Positions 13,298-27,184 of a DNA stretch of 64,000 nucleotides are shown here, one piece after another (positions within the stretch are counted from its first letter, which is position 1; each line of letters opens with the position of its first letter). The position numbers were made by a program, and so were the translations under genes. Origin of the DNA: Eledone cirrhosa (taxonomy: Eukaryota); the NCBI GenBank assembly GCA_964016885.1, contig OZ024748.1, positions 39,928,001-39,992,000 on the forward strand. The letters are read 5' to 3'. A model generated the notes under the pieces. It had not been told where the DNA came from. It did no database searches and saw only the letters and a list, made by a program, of their open reading frames with translations.

Positions 13298-16200
13298 TAT
13301 GTTTCTTTATTAGCCACAGGGGCACAAAAGAAGGGGACAAATACAAAGGGGGAAGTTTACATACAATAAAAACGTGTAAAATGTTATCACAAATGCAATT
13401 TAAAAAGTTAGTCGATTTTCGCCAATAGAGGGAGACAGTTTATATGGGTAACACATACCCCCGAAAAAATGTGCAACCCACATCTCCAGGAGTACGAAGA
13501 GTTTGTACTCGTTTCCTCTCCTCCTCCTTTTCCTCAACCTACAGGCTGATATAGAGAGAAAGCCCATTCACTCGGGCCATTCTCGCCACTTTCACCCACC
13601 TTTCATAAAACATGCTGGGGTACAGCACCTCTCTCTCCATCCTGATTCTTCTTCCAAAGTGGTATTTGAAAAAAAGAATCAGTTGTTGGCCGGAGAGAAA
13701 GGTGTCTGACCTCAGCCCTTTCAAGCTTGTCCACCATACAACCTCTTTCGCCATAGCTATCACACAAATGAAGACCGCCTCTCCTTCGTTTTTGAAGGAG
13801 GGTGGCGGTTTGATCATGACAATGGACTCTGTGGTCAACCGGATTGGTCCCACCCGTGACAATAGTCGTTCTACATAGCCCCACAGGTCAGTGACGCCCG
13901 GGCAGTGTATGAATGCGTGCGCGACGGTTTCTTCGTCTCGCACGCACCTCGGACAGATCTTTTTTGCAGGGTCCCTGCCCGGGCGCCCATGTCTGTAGAG
14001 CTTGTCTCGAACTGGTAGAGCTCCTCGGTAGCATTGCCAGGCCAGGGACTTTTGGAAGTTGTCCATCGGTCCCGGGCGGAATGTCCTACCGAACAGACTG
14101 GCCAGTTCATCTTCCTCTACGCCTAAAGTTTTCCCGAGCGCGACGTCGCACTTGCTGCGGATCAACCCTCTATAGAATGACGAAGTGGAGTCTCCACTGA
14201 TCGCCGGGTCCGCCTGCCAGAGGGCTGTGAGCGCCTGAGCACATTCGATGTGCCAGTCGCCCATTTTCCTCGGTCTTTGCTTGACCCAGGACTGCAGCTC
14301 GGTCAGCGAGACGAGTCGTGGGAAGGCTCGCCTCACGAACGGGGCCCACACCGGTTGTCCGGTGAGGAATACGTAGAGATGCCGCAGCCTGAGCGCGTGT
14401 TTGCGCATCGTCAACCACGGCATCCCCAGCCCTCCGTTAGAAGGGTGTTGGCAGCAGATGGATCTTCTCACCAAAAGAGCCCGCCTCTTCCAAAGGAATT
14501 GGAAGAGCGCGCGCTCCATTTTGGCGAGCGTTTTGGCTGGACAAGGCACGACGGTCAAGCGGTAGTAGATGGCGAACGCTATAAAAGTGTTCGCCACCTC
14601 CGCTCGACCTTTCAATGATAGTTTGCACTCGGCCCACTTCTGGGTGAGTGCAAATACCTTGGCCGTCACTTCGTTCCAGTTCTTCTCCACCTGGAGGTCC
14701 GGATCAAACCAGACCCCGAGCAGCTTTACCGGTCCTTTCGTCCAGCGTCCGACGACGCCATCGGAGGGCATCGGTTTGCCTCTCCACGATCCGAGTTGCA
14801 AACCGATGGACTTGTCCCGGTTCAGCTTCGCTCCTGTGAAACTTTCGTATTCCTTCAGTAAAGTGTCGACTTCCTCGATTTGCGAGGCGCTCGACACCAT
14901 TAATGTCACGTCGTCGGCGTAGGCCGACGCCGCTTTCCGCAGTCCCGGTTCCAGAGGGATGCCCTGCAATAGCTCCAACTTCCGCAGTAGTGGCTCGAGA
15001 GTCAGTACGTACAGAAGGGAGGAGAGAGCGCATCCCTGTCGAATGGATCGCGTAATATGGAACGGCTCCGAGAGGTAGCCGTTCACCTTGACCCTTGAGC
15101 AGATTTTGCAGTTGTGCATTGCAGCAATCTAGCCTCTGAACACGGGTCCGAAGCCTGCCGCCTCGAGCACCGCATCCAGGTAACGATGGTCAACCCTATC
15201 GAATGCCTTAGACTGATCCAAGTTGATCAGGGCCCCACCGAAGCCGGGTTTACACCCTACCCTCTCTATGATGTATCGCATGAGGTGGAGGTTGTCGTGT
15301 ATGGACCTGGTCGGGATTGCGCATGTCTGCACTTCTCCCACCAGGTTCTCGACGACAAGCGCCAGCCTCTTTGCCAACACCTTGGCCAAAATCTGTAACT
15401 CTGTGTTTAGCAGAATTATGGGCCGGAAGTTGCCTATGTCATCCCCCTTATTCTCGTCCTTCCTGATTAGTGTGACCACACCCGCGGTTACAGAACTGGG
15501 AATTCTCCCATTCTGTTGCCAGTTGCAGTAGACCGCTTCTAGGAGACCGGAGAATAAGTCCGGCATTGCTACGTAAAATTCGTAGGGTAGACCGTCGAGA
15601 CCTGGAGATTTGCGTTTGCCGCATTGGCTCAGCGCGTCCCCTATCTCAGCGGCTGAAATCGGCTTTTCGCAGAACTTTGCCTCGCTGTCCGAGAGTCGCG
15701 GTAGGCCGTCGAGGTATGGACCGAAATCCATAGCCCCTCCCGAACAGTTGAGCAAAATGCCGCTGAAAGGCCGCACACATCTGCTTTGCGTCGAAGAACT
15801 GGTCCAAGGCCGTTATCGTTGCTAGCACGCTGGCTACGTTGCCACTTCTAATTGCCTCTTCTACTTTATCTACCAGTTCCTTCTCGGTTCTATTTCTATC
15901 TAACGCTAATTCTTTACTAAAAATTAACGAGTCTAATCTAACTGCCCTCTTGAGAGACTACCACCATCTGTTGTTGACAATGGCCCCTGTCAAGTGCTGT
16001 TTAACTAAAGTGCTAATCCGCCTACTGTAAGTGTAAGTGTAATTTTCTTGTGTTGTGTTTGTTTTTGTCTGTAGTTCTTGTGTGTGCTTTCGTTTTGTTG
16101 TAGGTATTTTGTTTTCAGGAGGTGGGGGTTTTGTTTGTGATGTTTTTGTTGTTTGTGTTGGTGGTTGTATGTTTGTGGTAGTGTTTGCTGGTTTTTTGCT

Positions 16201-16785
16201 TTTGTGATGTCTTTTCTTTCTTTTCGAGCGATGGGGTTCTCCCTCGTCTTCACTGGGTGATGGCGATATAGCCTCATCTGTTGTATCGTCTGTGTGATTG
16301 GAGAGGGGTATGTCTTGGGGAGCTGTTGTGTCTGTATGTGATTTTGCAGTGGTTTTAGGTGGAGTGGGGTTGGGTGGGACTGTGTTTGTTGTGGTTATTT
16401 TTGTGTGTTGGCGTTGTTGTTGTTGTGGTGGTATTGGTGTTTGTGATGTTTTGATGGGTGTCGGCAGAAGAGCCTTTTTTTTATTCATTAATTTAGGACA
16501 GGAAGCCCTCATGTGACCCCTGCTAAAGCAATGGTAACATGAAGGCCACCTACCCTCAACCGAAAAGTTTATGTAAGTGAGTCCGTCCAGTAGTACACGT
16601 TGTGGGATCATAGCTATTCGCTCTGGGCTCATTTGCACCAGAACTTCAATGCTAGTCCCATTGAATACATCTCTGGGGGACTTGCCTACTGACAGTATTC
16701 TGTCACTACCAACGCTTGATTGGGTCTACTCCACCCCCTCCCCTCTTTTTCCTACTGGCAGGTTTAGCCACCATCTCCCCTAATA
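13298..16785 (-). mobile_element. Second Tx1/L1-clade LINE of a related subfamily; 3' end intact, internally deleted, 5'-truncated
   Basis: RT 15129-15776 (KSPGLDG, FRPI, LDQSKAFDRVDH) and 13539-15119 (RQGC, YADD, CPRC..HAFIHC). ORF1 knuckle CYHCFSRGHMRASC in 15958-16638. Minus-strand AATAAA at ~13305-13310, followed by a (TCTA)-type tract. Confidence 0.92.
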
Positions 16786-16891
16786 ATTTGCAATCACAGA
16801 ATTACTACTGACTTTTGACAATCACTTTGACCATATATGGAATTACCCCTTGAGAAGATCGGCTATTTAAATACCAGGATAAATTTTCATT

Positions 16892-17030
16892 TAGTCCAGA
16901 ATTAGCCGTCGAAACGGCTTGAGCTCAGCCGTCGGGGTCTTACTGGTTCCTATTACCCACTCTACTACCCCAAGTATTGAGTACTTTGGTGCGTTATGGT
17001 CCACCTGGTTCCTTACCACATTTCCTTCGT
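16892..17030 (+). repeat. Dispersed repeat, copy of ~3135-3265
   Basis: Shared sequence AGCCGTCGAAAC...GCCGTCGGGGTC...CCCACTCTACTACCC...GGTGCGTTATGGTCCA. Confidence 0.75.
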
Positions 17031-17061
<31 letters not shown>

Positions 17062-18909
17062 GTTAAAATACTGGAGCGTGTTGGAGTAAAACAATATTAT
17101 AGAAATGACAGTAAGAGGTATAGCTCAATGTAATTAAACAGAGCCGAAGAATTATGAAAGTAAAACAAAGAAGCCTTCAATACATCAAAAGTCTTTAATA
17201 GCCAACAATGTTTCGTCCTATTAAGTACTGATCAGGGCAAATAAAACAACAAGAAGTATTATCGGCCAATACAAGCCAGAAACTCCGAAGAATATGGAGT
17301 GTACATACACTAAAGTATTGCAAGATTATGGGTAAAAATATATAATAAAAATCACCAAGGAGGAGTATAACATTTAGAACCATATTACAAATATAGTCCA
17401 AAGCAAAAAAAATCCTAGAGCTAAACAAAGGTGGTTATATAGAGCAGGTATTATATATAATACAATATAATATAATATAATATACCAATATTAAAATTAC
17501 AATAAAAATCAAAAGGTACAATATACATATGTATATATATACGCACACGTACGCACATATACACATACATCAATACACATATCCATCTTCAACAGCACAA
17601 ATTAAACCTTATTAAGAGTTTAAATATAAATAAGCATGATAGGAATAAAAATAATAATAATAATAATACATATACCCAATATACATGAGGTAATAATATG
17701 ATATTATTATAAGTAGCACATATAATATATAATAAGCTATACAATTATATACTATATAATATAATATAATATAATAGATAGTCTCCGGTTAATTTACACA
17801 AACAATATAGATGTCACAATAATACTATAATAATAATATAATATAATAACATATATAATATACAATATATAATGGCATTGAAGTTAACAAATCAATTCAT
17901 ATAGAGTTACAGAGTAGGTGAGGAAAATAAATTGTACAATATCCAAAATTATGATGGTACAAAAATATAAACATCGTACATGGTATATAAAGTTTAACAT
18001 ATCACGTTGTTACATATAATCAACGGTAAGTAATAAGGATCGATGGTCCTATAACCAATACAATATAAAATAATTAACATAATATAATATATAATTACTT
18101 ATAATTACAAGGTTGGTAAACAGACAAAAATATATGTGGATGAGTGAGTAAGGGCCAGACAGTAAATATAAAGCACAGTAGTATTACAAATAAAATAAAA
18201 TAAAATAAAATAAAATAAATAAATAGATAGAATCAGCCGGAAATTAAAAAACAAAAACAAAAGTATACATTCAGGTCTCACATGCCGTTAAGTAAAAACT
18301 TAGGAAATAACCCCGGTAAATGACTCGAAAACCCTATTTGATAAATTAATATTAAAAAATGCTTCAAATATCCAATAAGGCAATACTATATTAGCTATGG
18401 TTTAAGTAATCAAAGTTTATAAACGTTAATATTTCATTACAAATAATTACAAAAAGGAATGACATTTTTTACTATCATATACATAACGATATCTAAAAAA
18501 CTGACTTAAGCAGAATTATGGTAGGCTAATAGGGACAGAAATAGAGAAATATATGGAGGATACAAAGGGGCATAAAATCATAGTCCATATACTAGATTAA
18601 ATATTAGAAAGGAGCGTAAAAGATGGGGGAGGATTAAATATAATCATAATCAATTTGGAGGGGTTGACAATAAGTTTATGTGCGCATGGGGGGAGGGGGG
18701 GTTATCCAAAGAAGAATCCAAATAAAAATAAAAATAAAATAAAATAAAATAAAGTAAAATGAAATAAAATAAAATAATGTAAAATATATAATCAGATATA
18801 TACTCATAAGGTGTTAATAGTGAAAATTTAATGCGTAAGAAGATAGATATGGTATAGTAGCCAAAAGATTATGAGAGCTAGAATAAAGAGTTGTCAAAAA
18901 CCAATGATA

Positions 18910-19050
18910 ATAATTGTTTCTACTTTTTGGCACAAGGCCAGCAATTACCCAGTACATTACTGGTACTTTATTTTATCGACCCCGAAAGGATGAAAGGCAA
19001 AGTTAACCTCGGCAGGATTTGAACTCGGATCAGAAAGGGGCGTAACTCGG
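18910..19050 (-). mobile_element. tRNA-derived SINE, truncated
   Basis: Reverse complement of the SINE core (ACTGGTACTTTATTTTATCGACCCC...GGATTTGAACTC). Confidence 0.85.
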
Positions 19051-19464
19051 TACTAAAAACCAATGATAATAATGATGATAATAATGGTGGTAAACAAAAA
19101 ACAAAAAGAATCTAAACTAAAAAATAAGTAATGGAACATATCAGCTAACGGATACAATTTATAGTACTAGAACCTTTAGGTTTATAATAAAAGTAAGAAT
19201 TAGAAATAACGTGGGGGCAAGAAGAGAATATCTCAGACTTTCTATTAAGTAAGGATTCGCTAGAGAAAATTATAGAGTGTGTCTCGAGGATACAGAGATT
19301 ACAAAATTTAGTATATATATATAGTAATAAGCAGCGATTCTTTGCTTAAACTTTTGTATATATATAGAGAGAGAGAGATACATATAGATATATATATATG
19401 TATATGTGTATATATGTGTGTGTATATGTATATATGTGTGTATATATATATGTATATATAAGTT

Positions 19465-19722
19465 TAATCTAACCCTAACTCTAACCCTACCTCTAAATTT
19501 AAGTTTAATTCTAAACCTAACCCTAACCCTAACTCTAACTCTAACTGTAACCCTAACCCTAACTCTAACTCTAACCCTAACTCTAACCCTAACTCTAAAC
19601 CTAACCCTAACTCTAACTCTAAACCTAACTCTAGCCCTACCTCTAACCCTAACTCTAAATCTAACTCCAACCCTACCTCTAACTCTAAACCTACCTCTAA
19701 CTCTAACCCTACCTCTAACTCT
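19465..19722. repeat. Second telomere-like (CCCTAA/CTCTAA)n array
   Basis: Directly visible. Confidence 0.9.
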
Positions 19723-20135
19723 CCGGCCATTCCCTGGTTAACTTTTTCAAGTTTCACTTGAAGAGGAAAATCAAGGTGGAGAGGCAAGTGCTGTCTTCTA
19801 GTAAGTTTGTTGAAAGGTGGGTGAAAGTGGCGAGTCTAGTCCGAGTGAACGGGCCCGCTCTGAGGATGCACCTGTAGACTGAGGAGTGGGAAAACTGAGA
19901 GAGGGCGCTTGCCCTGGTGGTCAGGGTGGCCGTGATCTTTTGTGTGGTTTTCGCCACGAGTGACCCTCTGAGGTTTCCCCCTTTTGGGGGAATTTTTGTT
20001 GTTTGAATTTTTTTTTTTTCTAACTTGTTATAACCTTTTTACACGGCCAAAACCCACTTTGTATTGTCGTGTACTGTTCTGTGCCGTCTGTAATGTTTTT
20101 CTTCCTGTTAGCCCTTGTGGCCAATAAAGAAACCA
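19723..20135 (+). mobile_element. 3'-terminal fragment of a Tx1-like LINE (ORF2 end + 3'UTR)
   Basis: Encodes FFKFHLKRKIKVERQVLSSSKFVERWVKVASLVRVNGP, homologous to the ORF2 C-termini at ~8100-8220 and ~13550-13680. Ends GTGGCCAATAAAGAAAC, like the 13298 copy. Confidence 0.85.
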
Positions 20136-20139
20136 TTAT

Positions 20140-20546
20140 TAAGGGTCGGACACCATGCTTTGACGCATAGTTACGGCCCTTGCCATTCTGAGTTCAAATC
20201 CCGCCGAGGTTAACTTTGCCTTTCATTCTTACGGGGTCGATAAAATAAAGTACCAGTCACGCACTGGGGTCGATTTAATCGACTTTCCCCTCCCCCAGAA
20301 TTGCTGGCCTTGTGCCTATAGAAGAAATCATTATTATTATTGTTCTGGGCGGTGGATTGGCAGTATCGGTAGAGGGTCGGACGCCATGCTTTCCAGTTAA
20401 GTTACGTCCCTTTACGATCTGAGTTCAAATCCCGCCGAGGTTGACTTTGCCTTTCATCCTTACGGGGTCGATAAAATAAAGTACCAGTAATGAACTGGAT
20501 AATTTCTGGCCTTGTGCCTAAAGTAGAAACAATTATTATTATTATT
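20140..20546 (+). mobile_element. Two tandem tRNA-derived SINE copies (~20140-20340 and ~20347-20546)
   Basis: A-box-like TGGCAGTATCGG, B-box GAGTTCAAATCC, family core and (ATT)n tails. Confidence 0.88.
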
Positions 20547-22325
20547 CTTTGAGTCTCAGTCATTGATGTTATTTAACTGGAAAGTTTGTTGAAATGAATA
20601 TCAAGCCGCTACCTGCAGCCTCAGATATTCAGGACGTATTGGAGGGTTCTTGCTGTTCCCAGCAAGCATGCCTTTTGAAGTGTTCCAAAAAGCGGGGCTG
20701 GACTAATCTTCTTTAACCATCCTTGGAAACTCTTTGAGATAGTACCTAGTGCGCCTATGACAATCGGGACGACCTTGATTTCATGGCAGTTCCAAATCCT
20801 TTTTAACTCTCACTTTAAGTCCTGATATCGGTTAATTTTCTCCCTCTCCTTTTCTTGTACTCTCGTGAAAAATGGGCAGGCTACATCTACAATCAGGCAC
20901 GATCTTTTTTCCTTGTCCAAAACCACCAGGTCAGGTCTGTTGTGTTCTAATTTCTTGTCCGTCTGTATCCTAAAATCCCACAGCACCTTCACCTGATCGT
21001 TTTCTATCACCGACTCTGGCTTATGCTCATGCCACTTCTCAGAATGTGGTAAATTGTTTCCTTTGTATAGATGCCAGTGGATCACCCTGCCCATCACATC
21101 ATGTCTCCAGCCTTTATAGTGAGTCTGGGCTTGGTGTTTACACTCGGATACAATGTGAGTCTCAGTCTCCTCTCTCTCCACAGATCCTACACATTGGACT
21201 AGCCTCCTTGTAAATATGGCGTTTCACCCACTTCGTTCTGAGGGCCTGCTCTTGCGCAGCCATTAGCATTCATTCTGTAGATTTTTAAGGTCTCCTCTTT
21301 TTAACCAGTTCCATGTCTGTGGATCTCTAAATTCAGTTTTCCTAAAGAAGGTACTATGAAGGGATATTTCATGAAGGTTGCTCTTCCTCCTTGTTGTTAT
21401 TTCCTCCTTGGACATCTCCTGGTCTATTGTCTTCTCCTTCAGTACAATTTTGAGCATTGGCTCCTTACTGTCAGTCGCGTATTTGTGCAGGTTGTATTTC
21501 TCCATCTGAACACAGTCCTCTATGCTGATAAGACCTCTTCCACCTTCAGATATCCTTAAGTCGAGTCTATCGACATCACTCCTCTTGTGGAACATGTTGT
21601 AGATAGTCAATAGCTTCCTAGTCTTTCTATCCATTTCTTTTTGTTCAGCAACATTCTATTTCAGAATAGACACAGCTCGGGAATTCACTGCACTTATGAC
21701 ATTCCTACTGTTCAGGTGTGACTTTAATACGCTCCTTACTCTCCTTATGTACTCAGATCTTATCAATTCCTTCATTTTTTTGTTCTTGATGTCATCTGCC
21801 TCCAGAACACCTAAATATTTGTATCCTTCTTCAGTGTCAATTTCCTTTATCATCTCATCTGTTGGTACCTGGATTCCGTTGCTTCTGCTCAATTTACCCC
21901 TCTTCATCACTAGGACTCCACACTTATTAATACCAAATTGCATACATATATCATTGCTGAAAATACGGACAGTGTCAACAAGCACATCCAACTCCTTCTC
22001 ACTCTTCCCGAAGAGCTTAAGTTCGTCCATGAAGAGGAGGTGATTGATGGTAAGCTCTCCTTTTCCCAACTTGTATCCTGCTCTCACTTTTCGCAATATA
22101 ATGGTCAGGGGTATCAAGGCAAGGACAAACAGCAGAGGGGACAAACTCTCTCCCTGGAAGATACCTCTCTTGATCTTCACGCCTCCCAAGGATTCTCCAC
22201 TCGATGTTAACTCTGTTTCTCAGGACTTCATACTTTTGCTCAACAACTGTCTGATGTTATCTGCCACCTTGAAGATCTCTAGGCTTTTGGTGATCCAAGA
22301 ATGAGGTACCATGTCGAATACCTTT
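20547..22325 (-). mobile_element. R4/Dong-type non-LTR retrotransposon (RT + restriction-like endonuclease), 5'-truncated and degenerate
   Basis: RT motifs GIFQGESLSPLLF and HLLFMDELKL; GGRGL; ETETHIVSEC; RHD; LWDFRIQTDKKLEHNRPDLVVLDK..IVDVACP (PD..D nuclease); LLGTA terminus. The 3' end runs into a (TAA)n tract. Confidence 0.85.
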
Positions 22326-22359
22326 TAGCAGTAGCAGTAGTAATGTTATTATTAAAATT

Positions 22360-22552
22360 GCCAGTGGATTGGCAGTATCGGTAGAGGGTCGGACGCCCTG
22401 CTTTATAGCAAAGAGTTACGGCCCTTTATGTTCTGAGTTCAAATCCCGCCGAGGTTAACTTTGCCTTTCATCCTTACGGGGTCGATAAAATAAAGTACCA
22501 GTAATACACTGGGATAATTGCTGGCCTTGTGCCAAAAGTAGAAACAATTATT
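22360..22552 (+). mobile_element. tRNA-derived SINE, near full length
   Basis: GTGGATTGGCAGTATCGGTAGAGGG...GAGTTCAAATCC...core. Confidence 0.88.
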
Positions 22553-23955
<1,403 letters not shown>

Positions 23956-23987
23956 CGTGTATATATATATATGTATATATGTATATA

Positions 23988-24087
<100 letters not shown>

Positions 24088-24088
24088 C

Positions 24089-24121
<33 letters not shown>

Positions 24122-24129
24122 CATACATA

Positions 24130-24734
24130 CAGGGGTTGGACAAAATAATGGAAACACCTAGCATCATAGAATTATAATTTTGAAATATCTATAAAACCGT
24201 CAAAAGCTTGTTTATTTTTATTGTTCTCGAGGTGGTCATTAATTCTGGTAGTAATTTTGGTAGTAATTTTGGTAGTAATTTTGGTAGTAATTTTGGGAGC
24301 TGTACTTTTGTGATCCTTTCTAACAATTCGCGTAAGAGTCCGACGGTATCTATCTGAAAGTTTTGGTTTTCTTCCGGAGTTTTGTTTCGACGAGGAGGTT
24401 TTTCCCTCTTTCTCAAAGACTGTCATTACTTTCGAGACAGTACTTCTTGATACACCAAACATTTCGGCTGTTTTCGTTACACTAGCGCCTGCCATACGAG
24501 CACCAACAATTTGACCTCTTTGAAAGTCCGATAGATCTGTCATTTTAAGGAATTTTAATTACCTTTTTCTGATGATATCTGGAGAGAAACAGCAATTTTA
24601 ACAAATCATATTAAGCAACACTAATAATAAATATAAAAAAACATAAAAATAAACAATCTTTTGACGGTTTTATAGATATTTCAAAATTATGATGCTATGA
24701 TGCTAGGTGTTTCCTTTATTTTGTCCAACCCCTG
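24130..24734 (-). mobile_element. Internally deleted Tc1-family DNA transposon
   Basis: ~95-bp TIRs (CAGGGGTTGGACAAAATAA... / ...TTATTTTGTCCAACCCCTG) with TA on both sides. ORF 24172-24543 encodes a Tc1 paired-like HTH N-terminus (LSDFQRGQIVG..., SGRKPKLS); no DDE domain. Confidence 0.92.
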
Positions 24735-24777
24735 TATATATATATATATACATAATGTATAATATATATACATAATG

Positions 24778-24816
<39 letters not shown>

Positions 24817-24877
24817 GTATATATATATACATAATGTATAATATATATATATATACATAATGTATAATATATATACA

Positions 24878-25062
24878 TAATTGTTTCTACTTTTGACACA
24901 AGGCCAGCAATTACCCAGTACATTACTGGTACTTTATTTTATCGACCCCGTAAGGATGAAAGGCAAAGTGAACCTCGGCGGGATTTGAACTTAGACTATA
25001 AAGGGCCATAACTCTATGCTACAAAGCATGGTGTCCGACTCTCTGCTGATACTGCCAATCCA
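24878..25062 (-). mobile_element. tRNA-derived SINE
   Basis: Reverse complement of the family core plus head. Confidence 0.85.
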
Positions 25063-25069
25063 CATAATG

Positions 25070-25168
<99 letters not shown>

Positions 25169-25175
25169 ATGTTTA

Positions 25176-25211
<36 letters not shown>

Positions 25212-25223
25212 TTAATATAGATG

Positions 25224-25274
25224 AGATTCTACAGGACTAGAACTGTTTCATTCATAAGAAATCATCAGGAATCT
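25224..25274 (-). ncRNA. Hammerhead ribozyme-like motif (type I)
   Basis: Minus strand reads agattc-CTGATGA-tttcttatgaat-GAAA-cag..ctg-TA-gaatct: 6-bp stem I, stem III, GUA triplet. The stem II closing pair is non-canonical. Confidence 0.55.
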
Positions 25275-25579
25275 GGGTATCAAAAAATAAATATGGTATT
25301 TATAGGTCTCTACAAGTGGTAGGAGAGGGTGGGGAGTGGGATGGGTGCAGGTCATTGGTTGATAGAAAAGGGAATTCATTAAAAGCTAATTCTACAAAGC
25401 TATAATTTATTTTTATTTTTATTTATATTTATTTATGTTTTTAGAGTAACAAAGGCAGACAGAATTCTATAAACAGGTTCCGGATGGCATACCATTCCTT
25501 GTCGATAAGTTTCTCTTAAGCTAACAGGTGTCTATAAAATCAGTGGGGGGTCAGTCATGGTCGATAGAATTAAAGAAAT

Positions 25580-25650
<71 letters not shown>

Positions 25651-25654
25651 TATG

Positions 25655-25834
<180 letters not shown>

Positions 25835-25880
25835 GTGACGAAACATAAGTCAATTGCATGAACTCATAATCCTTTATTTA

Positions 25881-25934
25881 CTGCTATATATATTTCGATG
25901 ATAGCCATTGAGTGGTTATGACCTCATCAGGCAC
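25881..25934 (-). ncRNA. Minimal hammerhead ribozyme-like motif
   Basis: Minus strand reads tgc-CTGATGA-Ggtcataacca..tggctatcatC-GAAA-tatatata-gca, with a palindromic stem III. Confidence 0.6.
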
Positions 25935-26003
25935 TTAGTAAGTTCTTAGATATGCCACCTCTGTGCTTATGGTGTTGATTGTATCAGAGCCTTGGGGCAT
26001 ATC

Positions 26004-26050
<47 letters not shown>

Positions 26051-26108
26051 ACATAATGTATAATATATATATATAATGTATAGCTATACACTGTATATAT
26101 AATCATAC

Positions 26109-26162
<54 letters not shown>

Positions 26163-26164
26163 CA

Positions 26165-26313
26165 TATTCCAGCATAGCTACGTCCGTTAACGATCTTAGT
26201 TCAAATCCCGACGAGGTTGACTTTGCCTTTCATCCTTACGGGGTCGATAAAATAAAGTACCAGCAATGCACTGGGATAATTGATGGCCTTGTGCCAAAAG
26301 TAGAAACAATTAT
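26165..26313 (+). mobile_element. tRNA-derived SINE, truncated
   Basis: Family core present. Confidence 0.82.
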
Positions 26314-26327
26314 TACTATATATATAT

Positions 26328-27160
26328 ACTAGCTGAGGTACCCGGTAATACCCGGGAGCGGGAGTATTCCCAGTTCCCATTAAAATGCCCAATGCCTCTC
26401 AGACTAAAAATGAAATACAAATATACGACAGATAATCAAAAGCGAAGACAAATTCATTTACGAAACAATAATACAAACAAATATTGTTGATTACATTGGT
26501 CAGGTGAAAATATGTTCGTCAGAGAAGTTGAGTGATGCTATAAATAAACAAATAGAACCCCATTAGGGTGTCTCAATATTATTGACATTTGCTGAAATTT
26601 TGTGAATAGGTATCATATCTTGTCATTTACCTATGATTTAAATTTCATATAAATCGAAGGGAAAACATTTTCAGTGGGGGTTTTCAACGGGGTTTTGTGC
26701 CCCTAGGGACCCTTTGATTAAAATGAAATATACTTATCGAAGTACCCTGGGCAATGTAGTTTTAAAATATATATGGTTATGGGGGTCTATCTCCAAAAGC
26801 ATAGGAGGAGTTCGTGAAATCTTGTTCCATTTATTGGCCAAAATGTTCACTATAGGGGGTTTAACCCCCAATAGGGTGTCTTAATATTATTGAAATTTGC
26901 TGAATTTTTGTGAATAGGCATCATATCTTGTCATTTACCTATTGTTTAAATTTCTTATAAATCGATGGGAAAAAATTAAGCGGGGGTTTTCAGCAGAGGT
27001 TTGAACACCCGGGGAACCCTTTGATTAAAATGAAATATACGTAAGAAATCAAATGGGCATGAGCCCCCACACACGTGTCAAGCTACATCAAGATCCGTTT
27101 GTTAGTTTTTGAGTTTTAGGTTCACAAACAAACAAACAGAGAGAAATTGCCATTTATATA
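26328..27160 (-). mobile_element. Non-autonomous Helitron-like element
   Basis: Minus-strand 3' end: CCCGG-gtatta-CCGGG hairpin shortly upstream of CTAG|T. Internal ~300-bp-period tandem duplication. Partial copy at ~37630-37880. Confidence 0.65.
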
Positions 27161-27184
27161 TTTATATATATATATATATATATA

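Noticed and set aside
17440-19380. AT-rich, strand-biased tract as a possible gene or organellar insert
   Set aside because: No ORF or recognisable motif; probably decayed repeat sequence and cannot be assigned by eye.
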